64,000 nt of DNA from an uncultured Bdellovibrio sp. (lineage in GTDB: Bacteria; Bdellovibrionota; Bdellovibrionia; Bdellovibrionales; Bdellovibrionaceae): the NCBI GenBank assembly GCA_963932905.1, contig CAWVRN010000020.1, positions 17,332 to 81,331 on the forward strand. Direction: 5' to 3'. The notes beneath the pieces are model-generated. The model did not search any database. It was not told the origin of the DNA and was given only the letters and a program-made list of their open reading frames with translations. The position numbers were made by a program, and so were the translations under genes. Of the stretch, positions 37,493-47,505 are shown one piece after another (the first letter of the stretch is position 1; every line of letters starts with the position of its first letter).

Positions 37493-38716
37493 TTAGAACG
37501 TCTTTAGGTCAATAGCTGGGCTAATGGCGCGTCCTAAATCTTCAGATATGGCTACGACTTGGAAGCGATAGTTTGTGTTGTTCTTAAGCCCCGATATTAG
37601 AATTTGATGGGTCGTTCTTAACACGTTGTCGGATTGGGTGACTGTTTTTTCACCCGTATCCAAATTTGTAACCATCATCATAGATACCGCTTTGATGTCG
37701 GTTCGCCAAGAGAACGAAACTTCGTTAGACAGCTGTTCAACCACTTGGAAATTTGAAATCACTGGCACTGTACCAGTGTAGCAAGGATTGTAATCCACAT
37801 CTCCACCTTCTGACGTAGAATTACCTGTTTCTGGCAATAAATAGTTTTGCGTCGATAAAACTCTCCAGCCGCGGGCCGCTAGATCGAGCCACTTAAGTGG
37901 AGCCGAGTTATGTTTTGGATCAAAAAACAATTCGTTGCCAGACTGATTGCAAAGTGAATCTTTACCAGCTTGTGTAGCTTTACGCCAAATTAACATATTC
38001 GAAATATGGTAGCGAGGGCCTTGGTAATACAACAATTCCATTTGAATTTTTTTATCTCTCGTCATGTTAACTAGTCGTGACGAACACTTCATTCGAGTTG
38101 GCGTGTCGCCGTCATTATTAATATGTGTTTCCCAGCCGTTAGAATTCGCAGTCGTAATCACGTTGTCCGGGTCCTTGATTTTTAGTATGGTGCCATCATC
38201 CGACAGCATCGCTAATTCGTATAAGCCTTCGCTATCATCTGGGCCCAAAATAATTTGCGATTCAAACTTCATCGCAAAGTATTCTATTAATTGAGTGCCT
38301 AGATCATCACGAACTACGTCACCAGACTCTAATGGGAAACCATCATAAAACATGCGAGTCGGAACGTTGACTGAATTAAAGAACAGAGTCTGATCGGAAT
38401 GTGTATAATTATTGATATAGCTCATTACTGATTGGTAGATAGGCTGGTTGAACCCTCTAAACCATAGTGACGATTTGATACCATGCTTTGCCGATGGCAC
38501 TGGATCTGGATCGAAGGGGTCGCACACCAATTTATTTAAAGGATATGCATTCGTATCGTAGACCGATTTTACAACGGTCTCTGTTTGTGCCGTAGTTATA
38601 ATCTCGCCTTTAATAGATTCTGCGGAAGAAGATCCTTTAGAACATGAGATATTTAATCCCAGCATCATACCTAAACTTATTGATGTAGCTAATGTCTTGA
38701 AATTATACGTGCGCAT
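37493..38716 (-). CDS. Lipoprotein with PA14 domain and C-terminal FN3-like domain
   Basis: NISC lipobox; YFAMKF...YELAMLSDDGTILKI, INNDG, MELLYYQGP (PA14); W.TD...H...ISGL..NTNY.FQV (FN3-like). Confidence 0.8.
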   Translation of the reverse strand: MRTYNFKTLATSISLGMMLGLNISCSKGSSSAESIKGEIITTAQTETVVKSVYDTNAYPLNKLVCDPFDPDPVPSAKHGIKSSLWFRGFNQPIYQSVMSYINNYTHSDQTLFFNSVNVPTRMFYDGFPLESGDVVRDDLGTQLIEYFAMKFESQIILGPDDSEGLYELAMLSDDGTILKIKDPDNVITTANSNGWETHINNDGDTPTRMKCSSRLVNMTRDKKIQMELLYYQGPRYHISNMLIWRKATQAGKDSLCNQSGNELFFDPKHNSAPLKWLDLAARGWRVLSTQNYLLPETGNSTSEGGDVDYNPCYTGTVPVISNFQVVEQLSNEVSFSWRTDIKAVSMMMVTNLDTGEKTVTQSDNVLRTTHQILISGLKNNTNYRFQVVAISEDLGRAISPAIDLKTF

Positions 38717-38951
38717 GATTCACCACCCAGACCTCATCGTAACCTAGCCGTTTGGCGAGTTCGAGAAAAATGGTGTGGCTGTAGTTATTTGGAACTCTAA
38801 ATAGTCGACAGTAAACAATAAAATAGAAAAATCGAATAAAGAATAGTCATAAAATTAAACTTTCTGTTTCGATTTAAATCGAGCCTCAGTTCTATGGCTA
38901 GCGATGTACCAATACAAGATTTTGAATACATCGCCCGGTTAGCTGTTAAAA

Positions 38952-39317
38952 CTAATGTTTCTGCTGAGAGGCTAGGACGTTATTTTCAACGATGTGAAAA
39001 TAAGCACGAACAAGTAGGACAAGTGAAGTTTTATCCAATGACTGAAGGTAGGCTAATTTTTCGAAGTATGTTTTTCGAGAGATTAGTTCTGTCATAGAGT
39101 CTTGAATGACTTTCACTTTATCGAAGTCATAGAAATCTTTCTCGTCGGTGACTTCTTTGTAAGCAGCAGCGATAGTTGCCTTATCAAAGAGCACATGAAT
39201 GCCCATAGCCGCTTGGCTTAAAATGGCTTCCATTTTTTCCAATGCTTGTTCTTGAAACATGTTTTTATCAAAGGGAGCTGACGGGTTATTTGATTCCGTA
39301 GACAATAGCGCCTCCAT
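38952..39317 (-). CDS. Hypothetical cytoplasmic protein
   Basis: Protein-like 121-aa ORF; no recognised motif. Confidence 0.65.
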   Translation of the reverse strand: MEALLSTESNNPSAPFDKNMFQEQALEKMEAILSQAAMGIHVLFDKATIAAAYKEVTDEKDFYDFDKVKVIQDSMTELISRKTYFEKLAYLQSLDKTSLVLLVRAYFHIVENNVLASQQKH

Positions 39318-39501
39318 CCATAGGTTTGCGTTTTTATCAGAGCGTTATTAATTGAACACGTTCGTTTGTTCTTAACTTAATGCTGATGTGTGTTTTGACT
39401 TATTTCAATCGAAAACTGCTCGAGTTGACTTACGCTGTCATTCTTGTCCCGCGGACTGCAAGGTTATTGATAGACGCTATGAAAACAGTAATGATGAACA
39501 G

Positions 39502-40347
39502 ATGAAGAAGTCCAAAAACAGAGGCAAGAAAAAGATTCAGGAGTTATTTGTGATCGACGAAGACAAGAACTTAGTTTTTGATTCTGAAGAAAAGGTTTTT
39601 ACTTTTTTTGAAGAGCCGATTCAGCGCATCGAAGAGTTATATCAAACGATCCGTCGTCCTGATGATTTCACGGATGAAGAACAAGTCGAAGAAGAAGAGA
39701 GTCTTGACCTGACACTCAGTGATCCAGATGAAATCTGGTTGATGGAAACGTTCTTCAAAAAAGCTCCGATTCATGTTTTTGTTAAAACGATCACAAAAAA
39801 CACAATGAGTTACGATTACGTTGCGATCGTGTTCCTTTCGACGAAGGAACGTAATCCTACCTTCGTGTTATCTCATTTTCCGACAAAATTTAAAGAAACA
39901 GCCGAAGCTTTCAAAGATGGCGAAATGATTTTCAGTCACGACATGGAAATTAAACACTTTGCTGGACTAGAAGGCGATTCCATTCTAGAAAACGACGAAC
40001 TATCGATCGGTTTATTTAAATCGATGCTAAAATTACGTACTGAAAAAGATATTCCTTTGGAAAAATTCAAAAATTTTCTTGAAACCCGAGAAGATACCAT
40101 TGAATCCCCAGACGAAATCTGGCGAAAAAATGACCATGATGGAAACGTTTTCGTGACATTCATCAAAGAATACACGGAAACAGAATACGACGATTATTAC
40201 TACATCAGCGTCACGTTAGAAGAGAATAATTCAGACGTACATACGCTGTTGTTTTCATTCCCGACGAATGATGAAAACCTGGTAGATCGCTATCGCTTAG
40301 GGGAGAACCTGCAAGCAGAAGAAGTCAGTCAAGAGTCATCCCACTAA
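39502..40347 (+). CDS. Acidic protein with two tandem PBECR-like (phage-Barnase/EndoU/ColE5/RelE fold) repeats
   Basis: TLSDPDEIW...FPT and TIESPDEIW...FPT repeats; start uncertain (track ORF starts at 39388). Confidence 0.6.
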   Translation: MKKSKNRGKKKIQELFVIDEDKNLVFDSEEKVFTFFEEPIQRIEELYQTIRRPDDFTDEEQVEEEESLDLTLSDPDEIWLMETFFKKAPIHVFVKTITKNTMSYDYVAIVFLSTKERNPTFVLSHFPTKFKETAEAFKDGEMIFSHDMEIKHFAGLEGDSILENDELSIGLFKSMLKLRTEKDIPLEKFKNFLETREDTIESPDEIWRKNDHDGNVFVTFIKEYTETEYDDYYYISVTLEENNSDVHTLLFSFPTNDENLVDRYRLGENLQAEEVSQESSH

Positions 40348-40378
40348 ACTGGAAATAAAACCCCCGTTCAAAAAAATA

Positions 40379-40404
40379 AAACCCCCGGAGTACGCCGGGG
40401 GTTT
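40379..40404. terminator. Bidirectional terminator hairpin
   Basis: AAACCCCCGG-AGTACG-CCGGGGGTTT between convergent genes. Confidence 0.8.
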
Positions 40405-40433
40405 CCTATAAAAAATTTCTTTAAGTTAAATGA

Positions 40434-41204
40434 TTACTGAGCCGTATAAATCGTCGAGCAAAATTCGCCAGCTTTCGTTTGAAAGATCTGAGCAGACCAT
40501 TGTCCCGCGTATGCTTTGAAAGGGTGTAACACTTGCAGTGTAGAGTGGCGTGTCGTGCCATCTTTATCCGTAGCGTAGCGAGCTGGATCAGCGTCAAATG
40601 CTGGGATTAAACTGTCTAACTGACTGACTGTTGAGTTATCTGACGAGTTGTAGTAGATCGCTGAGATTGCATCATAGTCTGCATTGGGATCAACCAATTG
40701 AATTACGATGCGTGTCTTTTTAAAGAACTGATCTGGAGTTGAAACACCTAATTTTGAGGCCGCCGAAGTTAAATCTCTCCAATATAAAGACGTTTTACCA
40801 GAAGCCAGTAACTTGCCATCAGCAATCGAGTAAAGGTTCATTGAAAGGCGACTTTCACCCCACATTTTATTACCCGAAGAGTTTACCATATATTTATGGA
40901 ACTCAATGTAGTTGGCGTTAGATGAAAATGCGGAAGGAATCTTAGTGATTTTTAAATTAATGCGGTTTGGATCGATGGATTCGCCATCTTGATATGTCGA
41001 TGTATTGTAAGAAAGTGTCGAGCTAGTTGCCTGATTGCAATAGGCTAGAGGGCGAGTCGATGTATCTATGCTTGCTACATCTGTTGTTAGCAATCGGCTT
41101 GAAGTTGAGTAGTCTGCTGTACCTTTGCTAGCTCCACATGCTGACAACATTGCTGTTGTGATTAGTAGTAAAGTTAGTTTTAGATAAAAGCTTTGTGTTC
41201 TCAT
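40434..41204 (-). CDS. Hypothetical lipoprotein
   Basis: LSAC lipobox, S/T linker, terminal Cys pair; GAGG RBS. Confidence 0.8.
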   Translation of the reverse strand: MRTQSFYLKLTLLLITTAMLSACGASKGTADYSTSSRLLTTDVASIDTSTRPLAYCNQATSSTLSYNTSTYQDGESIDPNRINLKITKIPSAFSSNANYIEFHKYMVNSSGNKMWGESRLSMNLYSIADGKLLASGKTSLYWRDLTSAASKLGVSTPDQFFKKTRIVIQLVDPNADYDAISAIYYNSSDNSTVSQLDSLIPAFDADPARYATDKDGTTRHSTLQVLHPFKAYAGQWSAQIFQTKAGEFCSTIYTAQ

Positions 41205-41228
41205 AAATACCTCTTGCTAGATACTAAG

Positions 41229-41244
41229 AGCAATCAGTTTGCCA
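41229..41244 (-). promoter_or_regulatory. Putative sigma54 (-24/-12) promoter of the 40434..41204 lipoprotein
   Basis: Minus strand TGGCAAACTGATTGCT = GG-N10-GC, 25 bp upstream of the ATG. Confidence 0.65.
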
Positions 41245-41464
41245 TGTGTCCGAATGAGGCAGTGGTAAGTGCGCGAATTTTTGACGGAAAAGTTGTCTCA
41301 GCTTGGGAATAAAATTTTTCTAATTTTGAGGCGTTATACAACACTGAGAGTGACAGTAAAAGTCAGTCACTCTTTGGTGTTGCCATGATGATTTGTTTTA
41401 GAACGAGACTTTTGATTTACAGAGCCTTTGCTTGGGTAATCAATCCATACATTCTGTGCGACTG

Positions 41465-42748
41465 CTATTTTTCGTTCCAATAAACAATACGGGGAGGGCC
41501 TTTAGGGATGGGTTGTGACGTTGCGGTCTGAGTTCCTGCCGCCGGCGTTGTTCCAGCCGCTGGGGGTGTCGCTCCGGGTGTTCCCGCCGGTGGGGATGTC
41601 GTTAAACCAGCAGGTTGGTTTTTTTCGTCGACCTTTTTTTGGATTTCATTAACGTGTTCAGCTACTTTGTTAACATCAAGTGTGATGATATCAATTTCAC
41701 GTTTAGATCCGCCGTATTCTCCAATTGAATTAATACGAAAACTGCTAAAGCTATCGGTGTTAATTGGGAACTCCTCTCTATTGATTGAAACTCGGGCCCC
41801 TTTTTGTTCTAGGAATTCCCAAAACCCTGCGGCGTCTTTGAACGGTCCTAGTTGTGGATCTTGGCGACGTTTAACTACTTCATCTGCAATTTCTTTTGTG
41901 ATAGTTGGATCGATGGATTGTAAAACTTCGGAAGTCGCGGAATTGGGATTTAATCCTTTAACACCGTAAATAGTAATTTGTGGCTCCAGAATTTGATAGA
42001 ACTCATCTGACATCCCTGTCACTAACCGAAGCTCCTGAATGGTGCGAAAATTTCGGTTAGGGGGGAACGCATCGGTGCCACGATCTTTGTAACCTGATTT
42101 TTTATCTCCGCCGTTTAAGCTTTCGTTTTTAGTGCTCATCCAATCGGCGATATTGTTAACTAAAGTGTCAAAACGATAGCCGCTATAGTTTTTAGAAAAC
42201 TCTTCGTCGTTTTTAACTTTGTTTTCAAACAGGGCCAGCAACTGTTTCTTTGTGATCTCGCGCAGAGTTTCAGATGGCGAAGCTAAATTTGTGACATCTA
42301 TTTTTGAGCCTTCGTCTGTAATTTTGGTGGCGAAGGCGGCATCCAGTAACGACTCTTTTGTTTTGTCTTTCACAATGTCTTTGTCTACCGCATTTAATCC
42401 TTCGGGCAATTCTAGCGGCCAGATCAAAGGAAACTGCCAAATTTGATCTAGCATCCCATTCTGAGGTAAACTTTTTCCTAATTTTTGCTGAACCGTTTGG
42501 AAAATTTTAATACGCAATAATGACAAATCAATTCCGCTGCGAGTGGCATAGTAAGCTTTCACACGATTGATTTGTTGAGCATTAATTAAATATTCAACTT
42601 GAGTGTCATAGGTGACTTCCATTGCAAGATAGGTCATCAGCGACAACGCCGCGATCGCCGTGATCAAAGCGATGCCGCGATTATTGTTGGTTTTCGAAAT
42701 GAATTCTTTTGTCGTGCGATTAAATATTTTTACGCCAAATAACTTCAT
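41465..42748 (-). CDS. gspK: T2SS minor pseudopilin GspK
   Basis: RGIALI leader, DEGSKIDV, IADW, FRTIQELRLVTGM, NPNSA. Confidence 0.9.
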   Translation of the reverse strand: MKLFGVKIFNRTTKEFISKTNNNRGIALITAIAALSLMTYLAMEVTYDTQVEYLINAQQINRVKAYYATRSGIDLSLLRIKIFQTVQQKLGKSLPQNGMLDQIWQFPLIWPLELPEGLNAVDKDIVKDKTKESLLDAAFATKITDEGSKIDVTNLASPSETLREITKKQLLALFENKVKNDEEFSKNYSGYRFDTLVNNIADWMSTKNESLNGGDKKSGYKDRGTDAFPPNRNFRTIQELRLVTGMSDEFYQILEPQITIYGVKGLNPNSATSEVLQSIDPTITKEIADEVVKRRQDPQLGPFKDAAGFWEFLEQKGARVSINREEFPINTDSFSSFRINSIGEYGGSKREIDIITLDVNKVAEHVNEIQKKVDEKNQPAGLTTSPPAGTPGATPPAAGTTPAAGTQTATSQPIPKGPPRIVYWNEK

Positions 42749-43704
42749 TGAGTGACTCCTCCTCCAGCAGGGGTCCCGGCCGGACCACCCGATGTTGCTG
42801 GTGTTGTTGCGGCTGGCGTTCCCGATGTGGTAGATGAATCGCCGCTGCCAGACTCTTCCTTGTTGTTAGGGAAATGGATAGGAATCACCAATTGCATCGA
42901 GTGTTTCTTAGAGCCTTCTTTTTCTGGATCTTTTTGATATGTGATAGAAATTTCAACTAGCCACGGAAAGTTTCCTTTTGTAGCGCCGTCACCACCTGAA
43001 TCTGTTCGCCAGTCTTTGTTCCAATCTTGTTTGCCTCGACCTAGGTAACGCAAATTAAACTCAGTTATATTTTCAATCAGTAAATATTCTTCGCCGCCTT
43101 TCGTGACATCTTCGTCTACCCAAGGTGAAACACGGCGGAAGATACACTTCGTCGCTTTCTTTTCAGCGAATGTAGTGCAGTCTTTCAATGCGTAGCCTAC
43201 TTCAACGAAATCGGCTTGCGGCATATCTTTCATAATGCGACCTGTGTTCATCGTCACGAAACTGATTTCATGTTCTTTGCCGATAAAATGAGTTGTGGGG
43301 TCTTTGCGCGGAGCTTCGGCCGGTGTTTCTTGTTCCGCAATTACATTTCCATTTGAATCAAAAAGTTGTTGTGGTTGTTGGGCCAATTGAGCGGCGCCAG
43401 GAATCCCAGATCCGGCAGGTCCACCCGCAGGGCCACCGGCCGTTGTGGCCTTTTTGTTTTTCTTCGCTATTTCTTTGATTTCTTTTTCCCAATCGCGATG
43501 GTGATAGGCAAGCTGAACATCTTTTTCAAAAATTTTAACACCGTCACGTAAGCGGGACGTGTCGTTCACCATTTCTTGAATGATTTTTTTCTGAGTGATG
43601 GCTTGCTTGATTGTTTGCGCCGCCAACAATCCCAACGTCGACATAATCGCCACAGCAATCAAAACTTCAATTAAAGTAAAACCAGATCGTGAAGAGAATT
43701 TCAC
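42745..43704 (-). CDS. gspJ: T2SS minor pseudopilin GspJ
   Basis: G|FTLIEVLIA; W...W.....P..VEI. Confidence 0.85.
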   Translation of the reverse strand: MKFSSRSGFTLIEVLIAVAIMSTLGLLAAQTIKQAITQKKIIQEMVNDTSRLRDGVKIFEKDVQLAYHHRDWEKEIKEIAKKNKKATTAGGPAGGPAGSGIPGAAQLAQQPQQLFDSNGNVIAEQETPAEAPRKDPTTHFIGKEHEISFVTMNTGRIMKDMPQADFVEVGYALKDCTTFAEKKATKCIFRRVSPWVDEDVTKGGEEYLLIENITEFNLRYLGRGKQDWNKDWRTDSGGDGATKGNFPWLVEISITYQKDPEKEGSKKHSMQLVIPIHFPNNKEESGSGDSSTTSGTPAATTPATSGGPAGTPAGGGVTQ

Positions 43705-44222
43705 TAACCACCACCAGGTATCGAAGGCAGGGGCAGCTGCTTGTCATAGTCCACAAAAAGTAAGGTTGCCGAATATTCGAATTCTTTTTCTTTCACTTTG
43801 TAAACAACAGTGACTTTAACTTCTTTTATGGAACTCGATAGGTGGTCCGAGAATTGTTTCATCAATTGACTCATCATTTGATCGACGCCGCCTTCGCGGC
43901 CAATCAGAATTGCAGTCAAGTCCGGCATCTCAAATTTTTTAGATTCTAGTTTCCAACTGTATTCAGGGAACCCTTCGAATTCATCGCCCTCAGTTTCGGG
44001 GATTGAGTCAATGGATTTACCACGGTATTTCATATCGATTTCGGCTAACTTTCTTTCAAGCAGAGCTGCAATCTCGACGTTCTTTTGTGTTTTGCGAATG
44101 CGATTATAAGAACTGCTCCAAGATTGCGCCAGTAACATCACGCCGGATGCCAGAATGATCAGGGCGATCAAGACCTCTAGCAAAGTAAAACCTGATTGTT
44201 TCAGTCGGCTGCGTTTATTCAT
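43704..44222 (-). CDS. gspI: T2SS minor pseudopilin GspI
   Basis: G|FTLLEVLIAL; position. Confidence 0.8.
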   Translation of the reverse strand: MNKRSRLKQSGFTLLEVLIALIILASGVMLLAQSWSSSYNRIRKTQKNVEIAALLERKLAEIDMKYRGKSIDSIPETEGDEFEGFPEYSWKLESKKFEMPDLTAILIGREGGVDQMMSQLMKQFSDHLSSSIKEVKVTVVYKVKEKEFEYSATLLFVDYDKQLPLPSIPGGG

Positions 44223-44868
44223 TGCGCTTTATTACATCCTTCAAGCTGATTTCCTCATCCGCAATATCTACTATACCGGTTAGGGGATTGATCAGCAAAG
44301 ACCATGTGTTTTTATCATCCGTAATATGAATAATAGACGCCTCAACCAATCCTTCGGGTGAATAGTATATGGCACCAAGGCCATCCACCAAGGGTTCGGT
44401 ATTTTGAATCTCGAGGGATTTAAATTTAATTCCTTTAGGAAGAGTTTTTTCTTTTTTAGTTAGTTTTTTAAATAGTGTAAATGACGATTTCTTTTTGTCG
44501 CTACTTGTATCCTGTTCATCTTGGGCTTTTAATTCCAATTTGGGATCTTTCATTTCAATGGCGTTACCTTTTTCAACCCAGTAGCGAGATTGATCAGGTT
44601 TTATTTCTATCATCAGGCGAAAAAAAGTCTGAGTCAGGCGGGCCTGATTGCGAATTTCCTTCGATAGAACAGTGAGCTCACGAAAGGTAGTTTTAATATT
44701 GTTATCATTTTTACGAACCCGACCGAGTCCTAGTACAATCACCGCAGAGATGATGCCTAGGACGATCAGAATTTCAATTAAGGTGAATCCGCGTTGAGAA
44801 GACCTAGTTAGCTGGAGCTGCTTCGCCGGATTCGTCTTCGCCCCAAACAAGATCTCTATCAAATCCAC
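44215..44868 (-). CDS. gspH: T2SS minor pseudopilin GspH (start uncertain, inside gspG)
   Basis: G|FTLIEILIV; YSPEG, LLINPLTG; GTG at 44868 preceded by AAGAGG. Confidence 0.78.
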   Translation of the reverse strand: MDLIEILFGAKTNPAKQLQLTRSSQRGFTLIEILIVLGIISAVIVLGLGRVRKNDNNIKTTFRELTVLSKEIRNQARLTQTFFRLMIEIKPDQSRYWVEKGNAIEMKDPKLELKAQDEQDTSSDKKKSSFTLFKKLTKKEKTLPKGIKFKSLEIQNTEPLVDGLGAIYYSPEGLVEASIIHITDDKNTWSLLINPLTGIVDIADEEISLKDVIKRNE

Positions 44869-45238
44869 TGCCGCCCTCTTTTCCGTCCTTACCAAGAGAT
44901 TTTAAAGTAAACTCAGCTCCCGAATCAGCTGTGTATTCATACTTTCTGTTCCATGGATCTTCTAATCTTCCTTGGTAGTAAGCATTTGGTCCCCAATTCT
45001 TACAATCATCGGCTTTTTTCAAGCCGTCAAGAGATGCGGGGTATTTATTGCAATCTAAATTGTAATTCGCTAATGCGTTTGAAATTTGTCCCATTTGGAT
45101 ATTAGCTTCTTTCACTTTGGCTTTATCACGTGCGCCAGCAAATCGACCGGCTAATAATGCGAAGATAGAACCAAGAATCGCAAGAACGATCATAATTTCA
45201 ACAAGTGTAAAACCTTTTCGATTTTTAGAAATATTCAT
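44804..45238 (-). CDS. gspG: T2SS major pseudopilin GspG
   Basis: G|FTLVEIMIV; Y.LD...YP..L..L; DPW...Y.Y; SLGKDGKEGG.G.D.D. Confidence 0.93.
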   Translation of the reverse strand: MNISKNRKGFTLVEIMIVLAILGSIFALLAGRFAGARDKAKVKEANIQMGQISNALANYNLDCNKYPASLDGLKKADDCKNWGPNAYYQGRLEDPWNRKYEYTADSGAEFTLKSLGKDGKEGGSGFDRDLVWGEDESGEAAPAN

Positions 45239-45278
45239 AAAACAAGCCTCTCCTTAACAAGATTAAAAAATTATAAAT

Positions 45279-46496
45279 CTAATTACCTAAATTTGTCATC
45301 TCAAACATAGGGATAACGATAGACAACACGATAATCATGACCACGACACCCATAATGACTGTGATGATCGGGGTAATCAATGACGTCATGCCGTCTATTT
45401 TATTTTGAACCGAAAAATCATAAGCGTCTGAAACTTGCGTTAACATGTTTTCTAGCTCGCCCGTTTTTTCACCAATCTTCACCATATGTATAACGATAGG
45501 GGGGAATTGCCCCGACCGTCCCAAAGGACCAGCTATGCTTTCCCCTTCGGAAATATTACCACGTGCTTCGTCTACGGCTTGTGCAATAACGGCATTGTTA
45601 ACCACATTGCGTACGATATCCAATGCGCCTAACATCGGCACACCGCCAGTTAATAATGTAGCCAGTGTTCGTGTGAAGCGAGCCACCGCTACCATACGAA
45701 TGATCGGCCCAAATACAGGGAGACGGAGTGAAATTGCATCCCAGCGCGGGCGACCTTCGGTTGAATTTTTCCAGGCCATAAATGAAACGTAAGATCCAAT
45801 CAATACTCCCAAAATGATGTACCAGAAATCAGTCATAATTTGTGAAATCTGGACGATCACCAATGTGTACCACGGCAGTTGCAGTTCTGGTGCCGACTCA
45901 AAAATCGTCATCATTTTAGGAATAACGAATGTGAACAAACCCATAACGATAATAAACACAACCACAAGCATGATGATCGGGTAGGTTAAGGCACTGGATA
46001 CTTTTTGGCGCAGTTTCGCCGAGGATTCAGTAAAGTCAGCTAGACGTAAAAGTATAACGTCCAAACTACCTGACATCTCGCCGGCTTCACACATTGAAAC
46101 ATAAATTTTATCAAAGATATGCGGATATTTTGCGAGTGATTTATAAAACGGACTACCTTCATTGACCATATTTTTGGAATCGGCCAGGGCTTGCGATAAA
46201 GCCGGGTGTTCCACTTGTTCGCTGACGGCAGCCAAGGCATCTACCAATGGAATTTGCGATTTAATTAGTACAGCTAACTGACGAGTCATCAAGGCTAAAT
46301 CTTTGATAGGAACAGAGGCTTGGAATAAACCAGAATTGTTTTTCTTCGCAGCGGCTTTTACTTTGTTGCGAATGTCGGTAACAAATATGCCATCTTTTTT
46401 TAATTTGGTTCGAGCGGTTTTAATATTTTCCGAATCGACAACGCCAGACTTGTTTTTTCCAGCTTGAGTGATTCCCTTGTATTCAAAGAGTGGCAT
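45279..46496 (-). CDS. gspF: T2SS inner-membrane platform GspF
   Basis: TRQLAVL, GEMSGSLD, ALTYP, GEKTGELE; precedes the pseudopilins. Confidence 0.93.
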   Translation of the reverse strand: MPLFEYKGITQAGKNKSGVVDSENIKTARTKLKKDGIFVTDIRNKVKAAAKKNNSGLFQASVPIKDLALMTRQLAVLIKSQIPLVDALAAVSEQVEHPALSQALADSKNMVNEGSPFYKSLAKYPHIFDKIYVSMCEAGEMSGSLDVILLRLADFTESSAKLRQKVSSALTYPIIMLVVVFIIVMGLFTFVIPKMMTIFESAPELQLPWYTLVIVQISQIMTDFWYIILGVLIGSYVSFMAWKNSTEGRPRWDAISLRLPVFGPIIRMVAVARFTRTLATLLTGGVPMLGALDIVRNVVNNAVIAQAVDEARGNISEGESIAGPLGRSGQFPPIVIHMVKIGEKTGELENMLTQVSDAYDFSVQNKIDGMTSLITPIITVIMGVVVMIIVLSIVIPMFEMTNLGN

Positions 46497-46569
46497 TTAA
46501 AAATAGTACGCGTTGGAAAGCGCTAAGTAAAGCGTTGTCATGAGCGAAGGAAGTGGTTCTAAACTGGAT

Positions 46570-47448
46570 CTATTGGCCGAAACCAAAACCTACTTTTAGG
46601 CTTATGATACTAGCGCTCACCGTTGCAGATGACGGGAACAGAGAGTAATCAAGTGATACAGGAATCACATTTTTGGTGCCAGAACCGATGTCTAGACCTA
46701 AGCCAAGAGTTAGAACTTGGTTAGACGTAATCAAGCTGGTATCAAGAACTGTAGATGATTTGCCCATAGCAAGTAAGTATCCTAATCCACCACCAATCCA
46801 AAATTTATTTCTTGATTTGGTAAGATTGTATTTACCCATAGCATATAGAGATAGATAATTGATTTTCACGTTACAGTCTGCTGACGCACCTTTATCACAA
46901 ACTTTTGTTTCTTTAGACTGTTTAGCATCAAACGTTTCTAATCCACCCATGCCGCGAACTTGTAAGTTTTTATTCAAAGTGTAATCGTAGTAACCCAGTA
47001 GTCCGATTGAAGACCCACTCATGGCTGCGGTCTGATTTACGCCACCGTACGAGAATTTGGCGTTCATTGAAGACATCATATAAGAGGCCATTAAACCCCA
47101 AGCATTTCTTGATTTTGCTTTAGTTTTAATTTCAGTAGACATTTGTCCATCGGCCCCCTGAGTACTGGCAGGGGAGCGAACGGGGCGTAAACTCATACCG
47201 GTTTGAACGCTGGAGATGTTACCTTTGATAACTTTAGCTTTGGCTTGCTTAGAATTAAATTTCTCAACGCGAACTAAAACTTTCGCTTTATTTGATTGAT
47301 CCACGATATAGAAATCTTGATTTTCGCTGACTGGTTTTCCGTCAGTTTGAAAGATGACCGCCGTTGAACTTGTCTTTTGCAGAGTATAAGCCTGAGCAGA
47401 AGCAAGACCGAATAATGTTGTTAAAATAACGCTGTATGAAATTCTCAT
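46570..47448 (-). CDS. Exported protein with C-terminal outer-membrane beta-barrel
   Basis: Signal peptide AQA; amphipathic strands, WIGGGLGY, terminal LKVGFGF. Confidence 0.7.
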   Translation of the reverse strand: MRISYSVILTTLFGLASAQAYTLQKTSSTAVIFQTDGKPVSENQDFYIVDQSNKAKVLVRVEKFNSKQAKAKVIKGNISSVQTGMSLRPVRSPASTQGADGQMSTEIKTKAKSRNAWGLMASYMMSSMNAKFSYGGVNQTAAMSGSSIGLLGYYDYTLNKNLQVRGMGGLETFDAKQSKETKVCDKGASADCNVKINYLSLYAMGKYNLTKSRNKFWIGGGLGYLLAMGKSSTVLDTSLITSNQVLTLGLGLDIGSGTKNVIPVSLDYSLFPSSATVSASIISLKVGFGFGQ

Positions 47449-47505
47449 ACTTTAAGTATCGTTTATTAAGGGATTTTCTCAAGGCCAGGTATTTAAATGA
47501 GACGC

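Noticed and set aside
40353..40387. 14-bp direct repeat AAATAAAACCCCCG
   Set aside because: Looks like a local slippage duplication of the terminator arm; no element lies between the copies.
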